From a virus (lineage: Duplodnaviria > Caudoviricetes), in IMG/VR virus record IMGVR_UViG_3300030708_000097, positions 1-27,988 of that record: DNA of 27,988 nucleotides; one strand, written 5' to 3'. The notes under the pieces are model-generated. The model was given only the letters and a program-made list of their open reading frames with translations, had not been told where the DNA came from and ran no database searches. Positions 25,376 through 27,988 of the stretch are shown here, piece after piece; within the stretch, counting starts at the first letter, position 1, and the number at the start of each line of letters is the position of its first letter. A program made the position numbers and the translations under genes.

Positions 25376-27988
25376 GATGTCTGAAAATCAAAATGATATG
25401 ATTTCTCTTCCAGACCCTATTGAACCTCCTGAAAACGATCAGGACACTACAAGCATTCAAGAAGCTATTGGACAGCAGGTAGAGGCCCTGCTGTACAATG
25501 CTACTGAAAGACCTTTGCAAGCGATAGGGGAGGGCGTAGCAGAGACGGTTCAGTCTTATAACAACATGAGAGAGGCTCTTGGTGATGCTGGTAATAAACT
25601 GGCAGAACGGTCTAAAGAAAAACTTAAAACAACATTATTTGAAGAAGGCCCTGTACGTGATGATATTATAAATCAAAGAGCAAATTTTCCCGGTATTGGT
25701 ATTTCCTCTACAATAGAAGAATCTGAAACTGATCTTAAAGCAGATAGGCTTTCAAAAGAAGCTATGAATAGAGCTTTGAGAGAGGGCCGATCAGAAGATT
25801 TGGGCAAGGGTGTCGATGTAGCTAGTGCAGATGCTCAAGGTCTTCAATTTGGCTACGGAGGTCTGCAAGGCACTCCTGAAAAGAATTTAGCGCGTCAGAT
25901 TGCAGAGGGAGCTAGAGCTTTTGCAGGAGGAGAACAGAGAAGTCCATTAAAAAAACCTACAGATGTTACAGAAGGAGGTGCTTTATCTATTTTTGAAATG
26001 ATAGCTGGCTTTGCTATGGATGGCGTCAAACAAGTAGCTCCGTATGTTACAGGTGCAATCGAAATGAATCCTATCTTTATTCCTTTAACTGGTAAAAAAG
26101 ACCGCGAGACCCCTCTTGGAGTTATGGTAGAAAATCCTACGGTACGTTTTTACAAGTCTATTTTTGATTGGAGTCCGGGTTCGTATTTTAGCAGTAAAGA
26201 CCAACATTTTTACACAACTCTTCCAGACGGCTCGGCAGCTAGAACTAGAATAAGACTTGGAGGAGTTCAAGGTATGTTCTCAGACATATCTCAAACTTTA
26301 TCTATGAACGCTACGGAGCATTTTAAAAGTGTAGAAAAAGTTACTAAAGGTGCAGAAGATGCTTTTAAGGAAGTATTTGGTAAAAGCCCTTCGCTTTTCT
26401 ACTCAGATTTAAGAAGGCGTTACGCTGAAGTTCCGTACAGTTATCAAAATGATTATACAAAAGCGATGGCACGTATCGGTATGGCGGCTCCGTGGGGCGG
26501 TCTAGGAGCGACTAAGACAGCAGCAGGCATTGTATTTAGAAATCTAAACAGAGGTCTGATGGGCGCTCGTATAGCAGCTAAAACAAACTTACAAGAAGCT
26601 ATGAAAGATATTCCTTTTAGACAGATGATGCTAGATCGAAGCGTAGCTGCCAGTGCTATGCCTAATAATATGTATAATTTATTATTAAAATATGACATTG
26701 ACGCTGATAAATACATCAAGGCTTATCAAGCGAGAGGTATGTCTCCAGAAGAAGCAACTCTTTACCGCAGAAAACTACATGCAGCTTATCTTGGAAGCGT
26801 CGGAGGTGCGGCTGGAATGGGTATTGTAGATATGGTTATGGATGACTCTGACATAGGTCTTATAATTGGAGGCATAGGGGGTTACTTAGCAGCGGCACCT
26901 ACTTTTAACTTTGCAAGACAGAAACTTGCACAAGGAGCCGTGCTTGCTGGTAGAGCTTCATTATCACCTTTAGCGTTTATGAAAACAGCTATGCCAGCCG
27001 ATCAGTTTGTAGACATGATGGCAAATTCTAAATCTAAGATAATGACTCCTTTCCGTAGAGCTTATTTGTATTCAAAAGGTTTTAAAGAAGATCAGATTAA
27101 ATCTTTAATTGATAAAAGTAGAGCAACTGGTGCCAATATCGTAGCTGAAATTAATGCCGCTGATACCGTCGCTAAAAAAATAAATCTTCTTGAAAAAGCT
27201 AAAAATGCAAAGGTCTTTGGTCAAGATGCTGAAATAGTAGACGGTAAATTAGTTAATGCAGATATAAATATTTACTCTGAATTAAATACTTTGTATAAAA
27301 CAGACGCTAAAACTGTTAATATGATTGCTGGTTTTAATGATTACATTGAAAGCATACCAGACAAAGATGCTAGAGACAGAATGCGTGGTGCTTTGCAAAG
27401 TTCTTTTAGTAAAATAGATAGACTTACGGCTGAAAATCCTGAGTTGATGAAAGACTTTCCGTTGCTGTTAGATCAAATGATTCAATCATCAACTCTTCAT
27501 ACATTACGAGCGCAGCTTGTAGCTACTGCTGAATATTCTGTAATGAACAAAGGTTTCGTTGCAGGAGATTTGATGAAACAGTTGGAAGAGTTTAACAGTC
27601 TACAACAAAAACAAACAGAAACTTTAAAAAATATGATGGAGTCTTTTAAAGGAAAAGGAGGAGATTTTCCTGACGAATTGCAAAAAGCATTAGGTATTGT
27701 TAAGACAGAATTGTTAGATAATTTTGTTACAGTAAACGAAGATTTGGTTAAGTCTCTTAAAATACTTGCTAACAGTCCTTTTAATAAAAGAAAAGAAAGA
27801 TTAGTCCAAGCGCAACACAATATGGAAGACGCTATGGGTTTTGATAGAACTAAGCTTGATGAGGCAGAAATAGGTGTACTTGCGACAAAGGCTTTTAACG
27901 ATGCTTTTGAAAGAGCAAAAAAACTAACAGATCAAGCTTATGACAATTTCAATATTAAGTATGGAAATAATATTAATTATCGCGTCAA
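25362..27988 (+). CDS. Large putative internal virion (ejection) protein, 3'-truncated (>870 aa; not in ORF track)
   Basis: ATG at 25362 (AAGGAGA SD) or in-frame ATG at 25377. The frame was open at every point checked up to the window end. Glycine-rich hydrophobic hairpin at about 26781-26906. Confidence 0.75.
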   Translation, partial: MKSTKMSENQNDMISLPDPIEPPENDQDTTSIQEAIGQQVEALLYNATERPLQAIGEGVAETVQSYNNMREALGDAGNKLAERSKEKLKTTLFEEGPVRDDIINQRANFPGIGISSTIEESETDLKADRLSKEAMNRALREGRSEDLGKGVDVASADAQGLQFGYGGLQGTPEKNLARQIAEGARAFAGGEQRSPLKKPTDVTEGGALSIFEMIAGFAMDGVKQVAPYVTGAIEMNPIFIPLTGKKDRETPLGVMVENPTVRFYKSIFDWSPGSYFSSKDQHFYTTLPDGSAARTRIRLGGVQGMFSDISQTLSMNATEHFKSVEKVTKGAEDAFKEVFGKSPSLFYSDLRRRYAEVPYSYQNDYTKAMARIGMAAPWGGLGATKTAAGIVFRNLNRGLMGARIAAKTNLQEAMKDIPFRQMMLDRSVAASAMPNNMYNLLLKYDIDADKYIKAYQARGMSPEEATLYRRKLHAAYLGSVGGAAGMGIVDMVMDDSDIGLIIGGIGGYLAAAPTFNFARQKLAQGAVLAGRASLSPLAFMKTAMPADQFVDMMANSKSKIMTPFRRAYLYSKGFKEDQIKSLIDKSRATGANIVAEINAADTVAKKINLLEKAKNAKVFGQDAEIVDGKLVNADINIYSELNTLYKTDAKTVNMIAGFNDYIESIPDKDARDRMRGALQSSFSKIDRLTAENPELMKDFPLLLDQMIQSSTLHTLRAQLVATAEYSVMNKGFVAGDLMKQLEEFNSLQQKQTETLKNMMESFKGKGGDFPDELQKALGIVKTELLDNFVTVNEDLVKSLKILANSPFNKRKERLVQAQHNMEDAMGFDRTKLDEAEIGVLATKAFNDAFERAKKLTDQAYDNFNIKYGNNINYRV

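Larger units (their letters stand above)
1..27988 (+). mobile_element. Tailed phage (Caudoviricetes, probably podovirus morphotype) genome segment: packaging, head, tail and internal virion protein module
   Basis: Co-oriented, tightly packed order terL-portal-GroES-scaffold-capsid-adaptors-fibres-large helical proteins. No host housekeeping genes, integrase, tail sheath or recognisable tail tube. Cannot tell free phage from prophage. Confidence 0.95.

Noticed and set aside
1959-27820. Remaining short antisense or alternate-frame ORFs nested in long genes
   Set aside because: They lie wholly inside well-supported plus-strand CDSs and lack RBS or recognisable motifs.
702-27988. Stop-codon reassignment (alternative genetic code)
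   Set aside because: Genes tile densely under code 11, and TAG, TGA and TAA all end genes right before the next start.
21827-27988. Virion RNA polymerase in the large ORFs, matching N4-like hairpin promoters
   Set aside because: No DxDGD or T7-type polymerase motif was recognised in the visible sequence. It cannot be excluded for the truncated part.

Overview
This window is a 28-kb segment of a tailed dsDNA phage genome, AT-rich and most likely a podovirus-type phage of the uncultured aquatic/marine kind. It carries the packaging and virion morphogenesis module, with all credible genes on the + strand. A 700-bp non-coding region packed with short inverted repeats comes first. It is followed by the terminase large subunit, portal, a GroES-like co-chaperonin, a putative scaffold, a putative decoration protein, the major capsid protein and a head-tail adaptor. 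Next is a 2.8-kb block of mostly very Lys/Arg-rich ORFs that share a K-x-G-G motif, then a second adaptor-like protein, two tail fibre/receptor-binding proteins, a fibre chaperone and a holin-like peptide. The window ends with several large putative internal (ejection) proteins, the last of which is truncated. Three copies of one sigma70-type promoter precede terL, the portal operon and the capsid operon. Five ORFs absent from the supplied track were read directly from the sequence. The most unusual elements are the modular basic-protein block and the hairpin array upstream of terL. All family assignments come from motif recognition and gene order, not from database searches.
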